IMG/VR virus record: IMGVR_UViG_2529293216_000012 | From: a virus | Taxonomy: Duplodnaviria; Heunggongvirae; Uroviricota; Caudoviricetes | Direction: 5' to 3' (one strand) | DNA: 56,801 nucleotides | Shown here: piece after piece, positions 37,107 through 46,567 of the stretch | How positions within the stretch are numbered: the first letter of the stretch is position 1 | Layout: each line of letters starts with the position of its first letter | Notes under the pieces: model-generated | Databases searched by the model: none | Told to the model about the DNA's origin: nothing | Seen by the model: only the letters and a program-made list of their open reading frames with translations | Position numbers and translations under genes: made by a program

Positions 37107-37559
37107 GTGATTTATATGAATGAATATGTTTATAGCGCAAGGCATAATGCTTTTTTCCCTGTGGATATGATTGATAAATATAAATCAGAGGGATGGGATT
37201 TATCAGACGCTAAGGAAGTAAATCAAAATATTATCAGTGAGTTTATGGCTGAACCGCCACAAGGAAAAATCCGTATTGCCGGAGATGATGGGCTGCCTGC
37301 GTGGGCAGATATTCCTCCACCCACGCATGAAGAACTTATTGAAATTACTGAATCAGAAAGACAGCTACTAATTAACCAGGCCAACGAATACATGAACAGT
37401 AAACAATGGCCCGGTAAAGCCGCTATTGGTCGTCTGAAAGGTGAGGAACTGGCGCAATATAATTTGTGGCTGGATTATCTGGATGCACTGGAGCTGGTTG
37501 ATACCTCCAGTGCGCCAGATATTGAATGGCCTACGCCTCCGGCAGTTCAGGCCAGATGA
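37107..37559 (+). CDS. tail fibre assembly protein (Mu U-like)
   Basis: 150 aa; C-terminal motif LDYLDALELVDTSSAPDIEWPTPP typical of tail fibre assembly chaperones. Confidence 0.85.
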   Translation: MIYMNEYVYSARHNAFFPVDMIDKYKSEGWDLSDAKEVNQNIISEFMAEPPQGKIRIAGDDGLPAWADIPPPTHEELIEITESERQLLINQANEYMNSKQWPGKAAIGRLKGEELAQYNLWLDYLDALELVDTSSAPDIEWPTPPAVQAR

Positions 37560-38133
37560 CATCCGGCGCGGTGCTGGTATCTGTTGCCGTCACCGCGTCA
37601 ATGTAATCCAGCACAGCGTTAAGTCTGGTTGTTTCTGCCTGCGTCGGTTTACGTCCGGCCTGCAATTTCAGTTGAATCAGACTGATGGAAGCCATTGCTG
37701 CATCAATCAGTGACTGGCGCTGTGCTTCTGCCGCTTCTACTGCGGCACCGTGTTGTGCCTCAGTATCTGTCACCCATTTTTCACCATCCCATTTATCGAA
37801 TGGCGTTAACGGGGCGATAGTGGTTGTATTTTCAGGATAATCACCCGGAGCTGTGATTTCTTTGGCGTCTCCCGTTTCGGTGTTATAGACGATTTCACCG
37901 CGATGGTCTGGCACATATTCCCATGAGTTTAAATCCATCGAACGGCAGATAGCATAACCCGCCTTATGTATACCAGGTTCATCCAGACAGGAATATGCAG
38001 GGATACCGACACCAATGGCAAGATATTCATTTGAAGTAGAAATATATTCCCGAGTTTTACCATCATAGTTATAGACGGTAATATTCCCCGCCTTCGTGGC
38101 AATAAGCTCGCTATTTAATACGGCGTTATCCAT
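37531..38133 (-). CDS. tail fibre assembly protein of the second (minus-strand) tail module
   Basis: 200 aa; C-terminus LDYIDAVTATDTSTAPDVIWPELPEA; 3' end overlaps the plus-strand assembly gene by 29 bp. Confidence 0.85.
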   Translation of the reverse strand: MDNAVLNSELIATKAGNITVYNYDGKTREYISTSNEYLAIGVGIPAYSCLDEPGIHKAGYAICRSMDLNSWEYVPDHRGEIVYNTETGDAKEITAPGDYPENTTTIAPLTPFDKWDGEKWVTDTEAQHGAAVEAAEAQRQSLIDAAMASISLIQLKLQAGRKPTQAETTRLNAVLDYIDAVTATDTSTAPDVIWPELPEA

Positions 38134-38903
38134 TATGCAGCCCTCACGATATAGTTAAATGCAATATTTCGTGGACGGGTTTCACTCCCGCCAGTATTAC
38201 CGATACTCCCTCGTGAATGAAGTGTCGGTGATGGGATCAGACTCCCTCCTGTATTTGTGGCATCAAGTCCCCGTCCTTGTGTGTATGTCTTTTTGAAAAT
38301 CGTAGCCAGTTCCCATTCATCTTTTGTGTCGTAACCATCATTGGCAACAACAATATGGCGGTGTTTTTCCAGCATCCCTGTCTGAATGCTCAATAAAACA
38401 CGTCCTGCATCAATACCGCGCCCGTCATCCCAGCCACGAATAAACTCACCACGTAAATCAGGCAATTTATTTGTCGGATAAGCCTTTGCCAGTTCCGGGT
38501 ATTCTTCAGCAGAAAAAGCCGCACCGTTGCATTTCAGCCAGCCTGTTGGCGGTGTGGCTGAAGGCCATGGAACAGGCACACCAACAGGTAATGCAGAGCC
38601 TTCTCCCAAACCAAGGTTTTCGAGAGCCGTTTGCACAGTGCCATCCGATTTGATATCGCCAAACGGATTCTTGCGGCTTAACAGCAGCGCGCGAAGTGCG
38701 GTAAGTAACTGGTCGTGCCGCCCCTTCTCCAGGCTGGCACCGGATGCCTCCACCACGCTGCAAAGTTCCTCCTGCAACATGTCAAAGTAGTCATCATCCA
38801 GATCGGTGGCAGGCGTGCCGGTCTGGGGGTTACCACGGGTAAAACCGTTCTTACCCGCGCCGAACTTATCCTTCTGCGCGGTTTTCGTGTCTATACGATG
38901 CAT
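38133..38903 (-). CDS. tail fibre protein with phage tail-collar domain
   Basis: 256 aa; own ATG 4 nt after the gp48-like stop; collar motif [53 protein letters not shown]. Confidence 0.85.
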   Translation of the reverse strand: MHRIDTKTAQKDKFGAGKNGFTRGNPQTGTPATDLDDDYFDMLQEELCSVVEASGASLEKGRHDQLLTALRALLLSRKNPFGDIKSDGTVQTALENLGLGEGSALPVGVPVPWPSATPPTGWLKCNGAAFSAEEYPELAKAYPTNKLPDLRGEFIRGWDDGRGIDAGRVLLSIQTGMLEKHRHIVVANDGYDTKDEWELATIFKKTYTQGRGLDATNTGGSLIPSPTLHSRGSIGNTGGSETRPRNIAFNYIVRAA

Positions 38904-38906
38904 GGA

Positions 38907-39491
38907 TTACTCCGGATATTTAAAAATTACGTAGGTTTGCGACGGGCAGAGTTTGTTAAGCACACACTCGACAACGGTGTCACCCCAGATACGCAGTGCG
39001 GAATCACAGGGATCGCCACATGTCATCCAGGTGGAGTTGGTGGTGGCTGGCATGTTGACCTGCCAGTAATACCGCCATTCCGGCGCATTCACCGCGTCAG
39101 TACAGGCCGATGAGCAGGTGAAAGTGCTTTTGTCGTATCGCGTGATGGTGGCATCTGGTCTGCCCAGGGCAGCAAGCTGTGCAAGATAAAAATCCTCGTT
39201 GATGCCGCCCGCCAGGTTAACCTTCGCATCCAGCCGTTGCTGACGCTGGCGAAGGGTCTGCGTTCCCGCCGGAATACATTCATCCGGCAGACCGCACAGA
39301 CGCTCCCAGCGGTTTATCAGTTCAGTGGTGGTGCGAGGATCCAGCTCCCGCATCAGGGCATCCGCACGCTGATGAACACGGGTTAATGACGGTGCCGCAC
39401 CGGCAATCGCCGGATCGCTGGCTGACCACGCCGGACCGGGCGGCAACAGTGCCGATAACAGGCGGATGTAATCATCGTTTGTCACGTCCAT
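38907..39491 (-). CDS. Mu gp48-like tail protein (second tail module)
   Basis: 194 aa; homologous in length and motifs to plus-strand 35633..36193. Confidence 0.78.
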   Translation of the reverse strand: MDVTNDDYIRLLSALLPPGPAWSASDPAIAGAAPSLTRVHQRADALMRELDPRTTTELINRWERLCGLPDECIPAGTQTLRQRQQRLDAKVNLAGGINEDFYLAQLAALGRPDATITRYDKSTFTCSSACTDAVNAPEWRYYWQVNMPATTNSTWMTCGDPCDSALRIWGDTVVECVLNKLCPSQTYVIFKYPE

Positions 39492-40540
39492 GAAATCGTC
39501 CCCAGTACCGCCAGTTCGTTTTTCGCAATGGAGATATTGTCCACCGGTGCAAGCAACTGATGGCTGTATTCCCCGTTCGCACCGGAAATCGCCTCACTGA
39601 TACGCGATACCTTGAGTTCTCCCTGCGGATAACCATCACGCAGCAGGAACGAACGCAACTCCGCGGTAATGGCAGCCCGTATTTCCGGTGTGTCCGGCGT
39701 CACGCGGATATGAAAATCCACTTTATGCGCCACCGGCCTGAATACATACAAATCAGAGCCTGCCACCGGGGCCAGTGGCTCAATGTGTTGTCTTGCCGCC
39801 GTTTCCGTTGATTCTTCCGGAATGGGATTAATCAGGTCACTGCTGGCAATCATCACACCGACAGTTCCCGTTCCCATCCAGTGACGGTATGTCCATGCGC
39901 GGGTAATGCCGGGCACTTCTTTAGCCCAGACAACATAGTCCCCGTCAGCCCCGCCCTGAGGCGTCCAGTAATACCGCTCAATGACGCGGGCGCGCCACGT
40001 TTCCAGATCTTCAGTATCGAATCCGCCAGTCAGGGTATCTGCAACACCGGAAGACGGCAGACCATTCACCGGCGTGACCAGGATTAATGCCGTACCGTCG
40101 TCAGCGTTACCGACCGCGCCTGCACTTGAGCAGGCGATCGGCACGCGCAGGACACCACCGGAGCTGGTTGCATCAGCAGTTGCCGTGTACTGAACCAGGT
40201 CATCGCGCTGAATCACGCTCCCGGCGGTCACCTTCAGGCCATCGCTGACACCTTCCCAGCGCATATACCCGCTGGCAGCCGTGGCCCCCTTGCGCGGACA
40301 CCGTTTCATCGCAGCATGTCGCGCCAGCCAGGACTCATCGCACAGGTCAGGCAGCATGTTCATTGCCAGATAATCGATGTAACCGTAAACCGTATGCAGC
40401 GCCGCCGCATACACCTTTGCCCGCACGTCTTCATCCATGCGCCGGAGCGTGTCGCTGACGTCCAGCCTGGCGAATAAATCGTTACGGAGCATACTGATAT
40501 TTTCTGCCAGCGTCGGGCGCTGAAATTCACTGTCCGCCAT
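39482..40540 (-). CDS. baseplate J-like protein (second tail module)
   Basis: 352 aa; conserved order. Confidence 0.85.
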   Translation of the reverse strand: MADSEFQRPTLAENISMLRNDLFARLDVSDTLRRMDEDVRAKVYAAALHTVYGYIDYLAMNMLPDLCDESWLARHAAMKRCPRKGATAASGYMRWEGVSDGLKVTAGSVIQRDDLVQYTATADATSSGGVLRVPIACSSAGAVGNADDGTALILVTPVNGLPSSGVADTLTGGFDTEDLETWRARVIERYYWTPQGGADGDYVVWAKEVPGITRAWTYRHWMGTGTVGVMIASSDLINPIPEESTETAARQHIEPLAPVAGSDLYVFRPVAHKVDFHIRVTPDTPEIRAAITAELRSFLLRDGYPQGELKVSRISEAISGANGEYSHQLLAPVDNISIAKNELAVLGTISWT

Positions 40541-40955
40541 GCGTTATCGCACTCCACAGATCATCAAAAGAAATCATTACCGGTCCGTCACGACGCCAGA
40601 GGGTGATACTGTTACCCAGCTCATTAATCCCGGTGCGGCGGATATCCAGATCAATACGGGACACCACGCCGTCATCAATCATCCATTGCAGGCATTCGCG
40701 GATATACCCCCTTACTGTCTGCACCAGCTGATTGGTCAGTTTGCTGCGCTGAAGCAGCCACAGTCGTGAGCCGTAACGGTCATTCTGTACCGCAGGCCAG
40801 GTATCCCCCCACCATCCCATCGGGACGTCGGCGTTGTCATCAGGCTCCGCCCGCCGCCAGGTAAACAGGGAAATCACCACGGCGCGGGTCAGCGGATCCA
40901 GCGGTGCGCTGGCGCAGGTGCGTTTACCGTTCACCGTCAGCCACAGTTCCATCAT
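40527..40955 (-). CDS. Mu gp46-like baseplate protein (second tail module)
   Basis: 142 aa; WWGDTW motif as in plus-strand gp46. Confidence 0.78.
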   Translation of the reverse strand: MMELWLTVNGKRTCASAPLDPLTRAVVISLFTWRRAEPDDNADVPMGWWGDTWPAVQNDRYGSRLWLLQRSKLTNQLVQTVRGYIRECLQWMIDDGVVSRIDLDIRRTGINELGNSITLWRRDGPVMISFDDLWSAITHGGQ

Positions 40956-41500
40956 GCCTCCATCGCTTTATCCGGTTTGTCGGTGTTACTGCCCTGACCG
41001 TTCTCTCTGTGACGATGCCCGTTATAGGCAAGCCGCATCGCTGACATGGTAGTGCCGCTGGAGTCGCACAGGTCTTTCACCTGTCCTGTCACTTCCAGGT
41101 CCATTTCAAAACGTGCTTTAGGTGAATTGCGAAACGTGATCGTTTTACCTGCACCGTCCACCACGATCCCCTCCCGGGTCAGCGTCACAGACTGCCCCTG
41201 ATCGTCATAGACAGCCACCTCACCCGTCTGCAACCCTTTCAGGCGGTAGCGCCGGTCCGACACCGTAACAACCACCGCATGAGAACGGTCGCCATCCGGA
41301 AACAACACCACCGCTTCCGCGCCGCTGTTTGCCCTTGCGGTAAAACCGTAGGGTTCAAGATGTTCAACCCCGGCTTTGGGTTCACCGGCAATCAGGGACA
41401 CATCCACGGTCTGACATTTCGTGGCGGCACTGATGCTTTTCACCACTGCCCGCGCAATCAGGCCGAGAAGTTGTCGCTGCATGGCTTCAATCGTCCTCAT
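40952..41500 (-). CDS. Mu gp45-like baseplate spike protein (second tail module)
   Basis: 182 aa; conserved order. Confidence 0.78.
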   Translation of the reverse strand: MRTIEAMQRQLLGLIARAVVKSISAATKCQTVDVSLIAGEPKAGVEHLEPYGFTARANSGAEAVVLFPDGDRSHAVVVTVSDRRYRLKGLQTGEVAVYDDQGQSVTLTREGIVVDGAGKTITFRNSPKARFEMDLEVTGQVKDLCDSSGTTMSAMRLAYNGHRHRENGQGSNTDKPDKAMEA

Positions 41501-42579
41501 CAGAACGGGTCCTCCTGTACTCTGGCTTTTTTCTTTTTCCGCGCGCCGGGGGCTTCGGGTTCAGGCAGATAAGCATCAGGCGGGCCGACACGGATTTCCG
41601 TCAGGGTGCCGTTCTGGTCCTGAGTAAACGTGACTTCCGAGACAAGCAGTTCGGTATTGTCGAAACCACAGACTGGATCGAAGACAATCACCCGCTGGTT
41701 GGGCTGCCACAGCGTACCGTTACCCTGTCGCCAGCCCTGCACCACATAGGTGGTTTCATCCGTCCGCGCCGCCCGTTGTCGGGCTTCAAAGTCAGCACGC
41801 GCAATACAGCCTGCCCCCGTGGCCTGCCCTGTCTGCCTGATATACATCGGACGGTAACGGGCAATAAATGCGTCCTCTGTGCGGGCCCGCAGCGCGGTGG
41901 TGGTGACCTCACCGAAATCATCGTCGTTTCCGGCACGCTGCCCCGCCACCTGGTAAACAGAAAACCGCTCCCGGATACTCTTCTCCGTATCACAGGAAAG
42001 GATGTTTTCCCCAAGTACCAGCGCGGTATGTGCCCGCGTTGAGCCAATACCGCCAATCACCAGCCTGCCGTGCGGATCGTCGTAAGCCAGCGCCTGCTGC
42101 TGACCGAGTATTTTGTTGATAACCTCAATCACCGTTTCACCGTGATCAGGCTGAACATCAGGAATAACACCCGACGGCGCACCGCTGTTCACCACCTCAA
42201 TGCCGAAAGGCGCAGCAAGCGCCTGCGCAATCTGCACCAGCGAGCGTCCGTTAAACTGTGTCGGTTCGGCTGCACAGTCAATCAGGTCAGCCGTCAGACT
42301 ACGTCCGGCAATACCGGTGCTGACCGAACGGGCATCGTAACGAACGGGAGTCGCCTCCACCCAGCCGGTGATCACCAGCTCATCACCAATCAGCACTTCC
42401 ACTTTTGAACCGTTTTTAATGCGCGGCTGAAGCGTGGTGATACCCTCATCTCCCGGCCACTGGCGAGTGATCTCCACACTGAAATCCCGCGCCAGCCGTT
42501 CAATACCGGCACCGATGCGCACCGATGTCCAGCCATTCCACTCCCGGCCATTTACCCGTAGCGTGACATTGTCGTTCAT
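41500..42579 (-). CDS. Mu P-like baseplate hub protein (second tail module)
   Basis: 359 aa; N-terminus MNDNVTLRVNGREWNGW parallels plus-strand P. Confidence 0.82.
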   Translation of the reverse strand: MNDNVTLRVNGREWNGWTSVRIGAGIERLARDFSVEITRQWPGDEGITTLQPRIKNGSKVEVLIGDELVITGWVEATPVRYDARSVSTGIAGRSLTADLIDCAAEPTQFNGRSLVQIAQALAAPFGIEVVNSGAPSGVIPDVQPDHGETVIEVINKILGQQQALAYDDPHGRLVIGGIGSTRAHTALVLGENILSCDTEKSIRERFSVYQVAGQRAGNDDDFGEVTTTALRARTEDAFIARYRPMYIRQTGQATGAGCIARADFEARQRAARTDETTYVVQGWRQGNGTLWQPNQRVIVFDPVCGFDNTELLVSEVTFTQDQNGTLTEIRVGPPDAYLPEPEAPGARKKKKARVQEDPF

Positions 42580-43904
42580 TGCACTGGCACCTTCAGAGGG
42601 ATCACCGGCACAAAGCCGGGATGCGTAATGGCATTACGCCGGATAATGTCCGCGTCACGCGCCGCGTTATCAAACCAGGTCGCCGCCAGCACCAGCGCGG
42701 GTAAAACCTCATCCGGCGTGCGCTGAATGATCCGTGCAGACTGTTCAAGGCGCGTGTTGATATCCGCATTCAGATCTGCTTTCACCCGGCGCAGCGCCAG
42801 AAACAGCGCATCACTGGTTGTACGGGACAACTCCTTATCAATTGCCGTATTCAGTGTGTCGCGAATGTCGGTCAGTTCTTCCCACGTTGGCAGGTCAACC
42901 GTGTTTTTCACCGCCGGTGCATTGTTCAGTGCCGGATGCGTGACAGAAGGCCAGCCGGTGCTCTGCGCGGGTGTTGTTGACTGCCCTACTGTGGCATTCT
43001 GCATCACCGCGGAAGTTGTGGGCGCAGGCAATCGTGTGACGGCATACGCCGCTTCGCTGATTGCGGTCGTACGAAGGGTGCTGGCAACCACGTTACGCTG
43101 CTGCGTCGCCGTGGCGGTAGTTTTACTGTCCGTTTTCCAGACGCCGCGCGGTTGCAGATCGCTGCCGAGGCTGACACCGGAAAGCGTTTTGATCATGGTG
43201 ACCAGGTCGCTGGCGTTACCATAAAGGCGTTTCCCGGTACGCCACATTTTCTGCACCTGCTCAACGAAATTTTTGCCTGACGATGGTGGCGGCAGAAGTA
43301 CCGAGATATCCCCCTGCAACAGCCTGGCGGCATCCGATACGGCAGAATCCACCACTTTCATCGCATCAGAAACATACCCAAGCATTGTGCTGGCATTACC
43401 GACGACGTCGTTCTGCACAAAATCTGCCACGCCATCGATACTGAAACCACTGAAGCTGTCACTGATGCAGTCATCCAGTGCAGAACAGGATGACATCAGC
43501 GTCTGCGCCGTCGCCGCACCTGAAGTGGGGTAAGAGAGTTCTCCCGCTTCGACAAACTTCAGGTCAAAGCGGACAATACGCCCTTCACTCTTCGATGTGC
43601 TGACCCGAACTTCCCCGTCAACACAGACTTTCAGCTCACCGTAAGTCGGATGGACAAGCGTGCCGGGACCGGGTTTATTCAGCGCGTCAATCAGGCGATC
43701 GCGCTGGTCAAAGCAGTCATCTCCCACCACATAAGCTGTGATGGACGGGCGGAAAGTGATTTTCCCCAGGTCTTCGGTATAGGGTTTGTCGCGGTTCGGG
43801 TATTCGTGCGTTTCCACACGACGACCGGTTCCCGCACTTTCTTCTTCAACCTTAAACGGCACACCGCGAAATGACGCGTCCTGAAGTCTGTCTTTCCACG
43901 TCAT
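42576..43904 (-). CDS. Mu N-like DNA circularisation protein (second tail module)
   Basis: Internal ATG at 43904 with GGAG RBS chosen (MTWKDRLQDASFRGVPF); track ORF extends to 43946. Confidence 0.8.
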   Translation of the reverse strand: MTWKDRLQDASFRGVPFKVEEESAGTGRRVETHEYPNRDKPYTEDLGKITFRPSITAYVVGDDCFDQRDRLIDALNKPGPGTLVHPTYGELKVCVDGEVRVSTSKSEGRIVRFDLKFVEAGELSYPTSGAATAQTLMSSCSALDDCISDSFSGFSIDGVADFVQNDVVGNASTMLGYVSDAMKVVDSAVSDAARLLQGDISVLLPPPSSGKNFVEQVQKMWRTGKRLYGNASDLVTMIKTLSGVSLGSDLQPRGVWKTDSKTTATATQQRNVVASTLRTTAISEAAYAVTRLPAPTTSAVMQNATVGQSTTPAQSTGWPSVTHPALNNAPAVKNTVDLPTWEELTDIRDTLNTAIDKELSRTTSDALFLALRRVKADLNADINTRLEQSARIIQRTPDEVLPALVLAATWFDNAARDADIIRRNAITHPGFVPVIPLKVPVQ

Positions 43905-43964
43905 ATAAACTCCGTACATAAAAAATCCCACCGGAGTGGGACTCATTAACAGATTAATTTTTCA

Positions 43965-45800
43965 TTACCTGCCAAAGCGCGTATAGCCAACATCATGGCT
44001 GACATCAAAACCGCTGGATCGCGTTTCCATAACCCGCATACCCGGAGGCGAATTCACAAAAGAGACCTTGATCTCACCATCAACTTTTGGCGCAGAAGCT
44101 TTGTTAATCATGAAGGGATTCGGGCCTGTGGCACCGGAGGCGTTGTTTGACTGAGCCGGATCTACCGCCTGATAAGGTGTGTATCCCCGTGCCGGTATTC
44201 CCGTCCCATAAGCATCATAAGCACCCGCGCCCCACTGCGCAGAGTTAATGGCATCGACCGTGTCACCGGAACTGTCGGTAAACCACTCAATAATTGGCTT
44301 CAGTTTGTCCCACATATCCTGAAACCACTTAACAACCGGTCCCCAGTTATTGATTACCATCCCCAGCGGCGACCAGGCAAAAACCTTCTTCAGAAGTTCC
44401 CAGCCAGCCTCAAAATAAGGACCAATGGTTTCCCAGAGCTTCTTGAAATAAGGTCCGACAACATCCCAGTTAGTGATAATTAATCCCGCAGCCAGGGCTA
44501 TCGCCGTCGCAATCATTCCAATCGGCGTCATCGACATGATCCTGCTGACAATACTGATGGCACCGCCAACGCCCATCAATCCCAGTTTCAGAATCGCAAG
44601 ACCGGCAGCAAGCCCGACGACGCCGCGAATAACCCGGGGATTTTCATCCGCAAACTTCGTGAATTTTTCCCCTAACTCCCCCAGCCATTGCGTGATATTT
44701 TTGGCGTCACCAGAAAATGCGCCGCCAATAGCCGCAAGGCCGTTAGTTGCGGTCCCCGTCATTGCCTCCCACAGGTTGGACAGCGTACCAAGCTGGGCCT
44801 GAACACGTTTATTCAGGCTGGCCTGTTTATTCATCTTCTGCTGGATCTGATCGTAGCCATCCTTTCCTTTATCGATTAGTGCATTGACCACCTGAAGGGT
44901 TTCGGCATCATCACCAAATATTGCCTTAAGTACACCTGTTCGCTTAACGTCGGTCAGTTTTCGCAGCTTTGCCAGTTGCCTGAACATGTTATCAAGACCG
45001 CCAAAACTTCCTTTGCCGTCAGTAAAATCGAGCTGTACCCCGAGTTTCTGGCGGGCCATGATTTTATTGACGTCCCTGATTTTCTTAACGCTTAATCCGG
45101 ACTGGATAACTTTTCGCAGGGCGTTACCTGCCGACTCCCCGTTCATCCCCATCTGATCCATCATGACGCTGATGGGGGCAAGGCTCTGTGCAGCCTGAAG
45201 ACCGTCCTTGTTCACCATCTTCAGAACAGAGCTGGTTTTAGTGAAGAAGGACAACATGTTGGTATCGTCAACACCCAGATAAAACGCCTTCTGGATAGTG
45301 TCGAACAGCCCCATCATGTCTTCTGACGCCGTTCCGGTAGCATCCTGCATCTTTGCAGCAAACTCAGCAGCCGCTTCCGGTGTTTTTTTCAGTTGTACCG
45401 CAAGATAAGCTGTCGCTTTACCCACACCGCCAAGAATGTTTTCTGCCGGGATCCCCTGACGCACCAGCATCTGCATCATGTTCTGGAAATCAGCCGTTGT
45501 ACCGGGTAGCTGGTTACCCAGGCCAATAGCCAGTTTATTGATGTCCTGAAAGCTCTTTCCAACCTCGCCGTTCGCATCCATCATGGCGACTTTCAGCCCG
45601 GTGGCGGCGTTTTCCTGATCGGCATAAGATTTCAGGGAAAGCGTCAGACCCGCTGCCAGTCCGCCACCAAGCGCCAGCCCACCCTGTGACGCTTCTTCCG
45701 CCTGGCGTTTAAATCCCCGGATTTTCTTTTGCATTTTCGACAGCGCGGGAGAAAGCCTGTCGACACCGGTGATCAACGCCTTAAGCTCAAATTCCGCCAT
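43965..45800 (-). CDS. tail tape measure protein (second tail module)
   Basis: 611 aa, helical; hydrophobic Gly/Ala-rich segment; position between chaperone and N-like gene. Confidence 0.85.
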   Translation of the reverse strand: MAEFELKALITGVDRLSPALSKMQKKIRGFKRQAEEASQGGLALGGGLAAGLTLSLKSYADQENAATGLKVAMMDANGEVGKSFQDINKLAIGLGNQLPGTTADFQNMMQMLVRQGIPAENILGGVGKATAYLAVQLKKTPEAAAEFAAKMQDATGTASEDMMGLFDTIQKAFYLGVDDTNMLSFFTKTSSVLKMVNKDGLQAAQSLAPISVMMDQMGMNGESAGNALRKVIQSGLSVKKIRDVNKIMARQKLGVQLDFTDGKGSFGGLDNMFRQLAKLRKLTDVKRTGVLKAIFGDDAETLQVVNALIDKGKDGYDQIQQKMNKQASLNKRVQAQLGTLSNLWEAMTGTATNGLAAIGGAFSGDAKNITQWLGELGEKFTKFADENPRVIRGVVGLAAGLAILKLGLMGVGGAISIVSRIMSMTPIGMIATAIALAAGLIITNWDVVGPYFKKLWETIGPYFEAGWELLKKVFAWSPLGMVINNWGPVVKWFQDMWDKLKPIIEWFTDSSGDTVDAINSAQWGAGAYDAYGTGIPARGYTPYQAVDPAQSNNASGATGPNPFMINKASAPKVDGEIKVSFVNSPPGMRVMETRSSGFDVSHDVGYTRFGR

Positions 45801-45941
45801 GTGTGCGTTTCTCCTGCTCTATCCTGTTTGCCTGACTGACCAGCAAGGGAATTTCACTGATCGGCATATTCAGCAATTCGAAAGGATTAATGCGCCAGTA
45901 GCTGGCGCAGTCAAAGAAGCGATCAGTGAGGTATTCAGCCG

Positions 45942-46211
45942 TCAGGCCTGGAGGAAAAAACCAGCCACAAGCCACGCCGCTGCATTCAGGTCTGCCGGAG
46001 ACATCTGGTCGACAGAGCTTTGCGGCACTTTCGCCAGCCGCACAATGTATTTCGACACCACATGCGCCAGAAGTCTGACTGACTCATCCTGATTCATCTG
46101 GTAGGGATACCCCAGCTCGCGGACATCCTTCCCGGTGGGTTCATCAAACTCCAGTACGGAGAGTGTCTCGCCATGAGCAGTAATCGGTTTCTTTAACTCA
46201 AGCTCTTTCAT
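45942..46211 (-). CDS. tail assembly chaperone (second tail module)
   Basis: 89 aa between tube and tape measure; overlapped at its 3' end by an ORF in another frame (45787..45975). Confidence 0.6.
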   Translation of the reverse strand: MKELELKKPITAHGETLSVLEFDEPTGKDVRELGYPYQMNQDESVRLLAHVVSKYIVRLAKVPQSSVDQMSPADLNAAAWLVAGFFLQA

Positions 46212-46567
46212 TACTGGTAATCCCCTTCTTCACCGTGGAACTCAAGATCAACCGTGCCTTCTTCGGCATTATGGTTCGCTTCGCCGTGCAGCCAGGCAGA
46301 CGACAGTACATAGACCTGACCGTTCGCCAGCTCGGCAGTGATGGTCATCTCATCAGACGAGGTGATTTTGCTTACCGGAAAATTCTTCGGCACCTTGAAG
46401 GTCCCTTTGACATAAGGCGCACGGTGAGTTTCCTTGCGGTCCACTGAACCGTCCAGGCCGATGATGTCATCGTTAACCGTTTTGTTCATGGGCACCTCAA
46501 TGCCGCCGGTCAGCGATAGCTGCTGACCGTCAATTTTGAAATAACAGGTTCCCCCGATACGGGCCAT
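46211..46567 (-). CDS. tail tube protein (second tail module)
   Basis: 118 aa directly after the sheath. Confidence 0.85.
   Translation of the reverse strand: MARIGGTCYFKIDGQQLSLTGGIEVPMNKTVNDDIIGLDGSVDRKETHRAPYVKGTFKVPKNFPVSKITSSDEMTITAELANGQVYVLSSAWLHGEANHNAEEGTVDLEFHGEEGDYQ

Larger units (their letters stand above)
4188..37559 (+). mobile_element. Mu-like transposable prophage (left end to tail fibre assembly gene); right end not identified
   Basis: Mu gene order c, ner, A, B, kil, gam, gemA, mor, lys, then Mu-type head and tail, all on the plus strand; left boundary from end-repeat motifs, right boundary is the last Mu-like gene. Confidence 0.8.

Noticed and set aside
36193-38903. Mu G-segment-type invertible tail-fibre switch with Gin invertase
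   Set aside because: Convergent fibre and assembly genes resemble a G segment, but both fibre genes have their own start codons directly after their respective gp48 genes, and no serine-recombinase ORF exists anywhere in the window.
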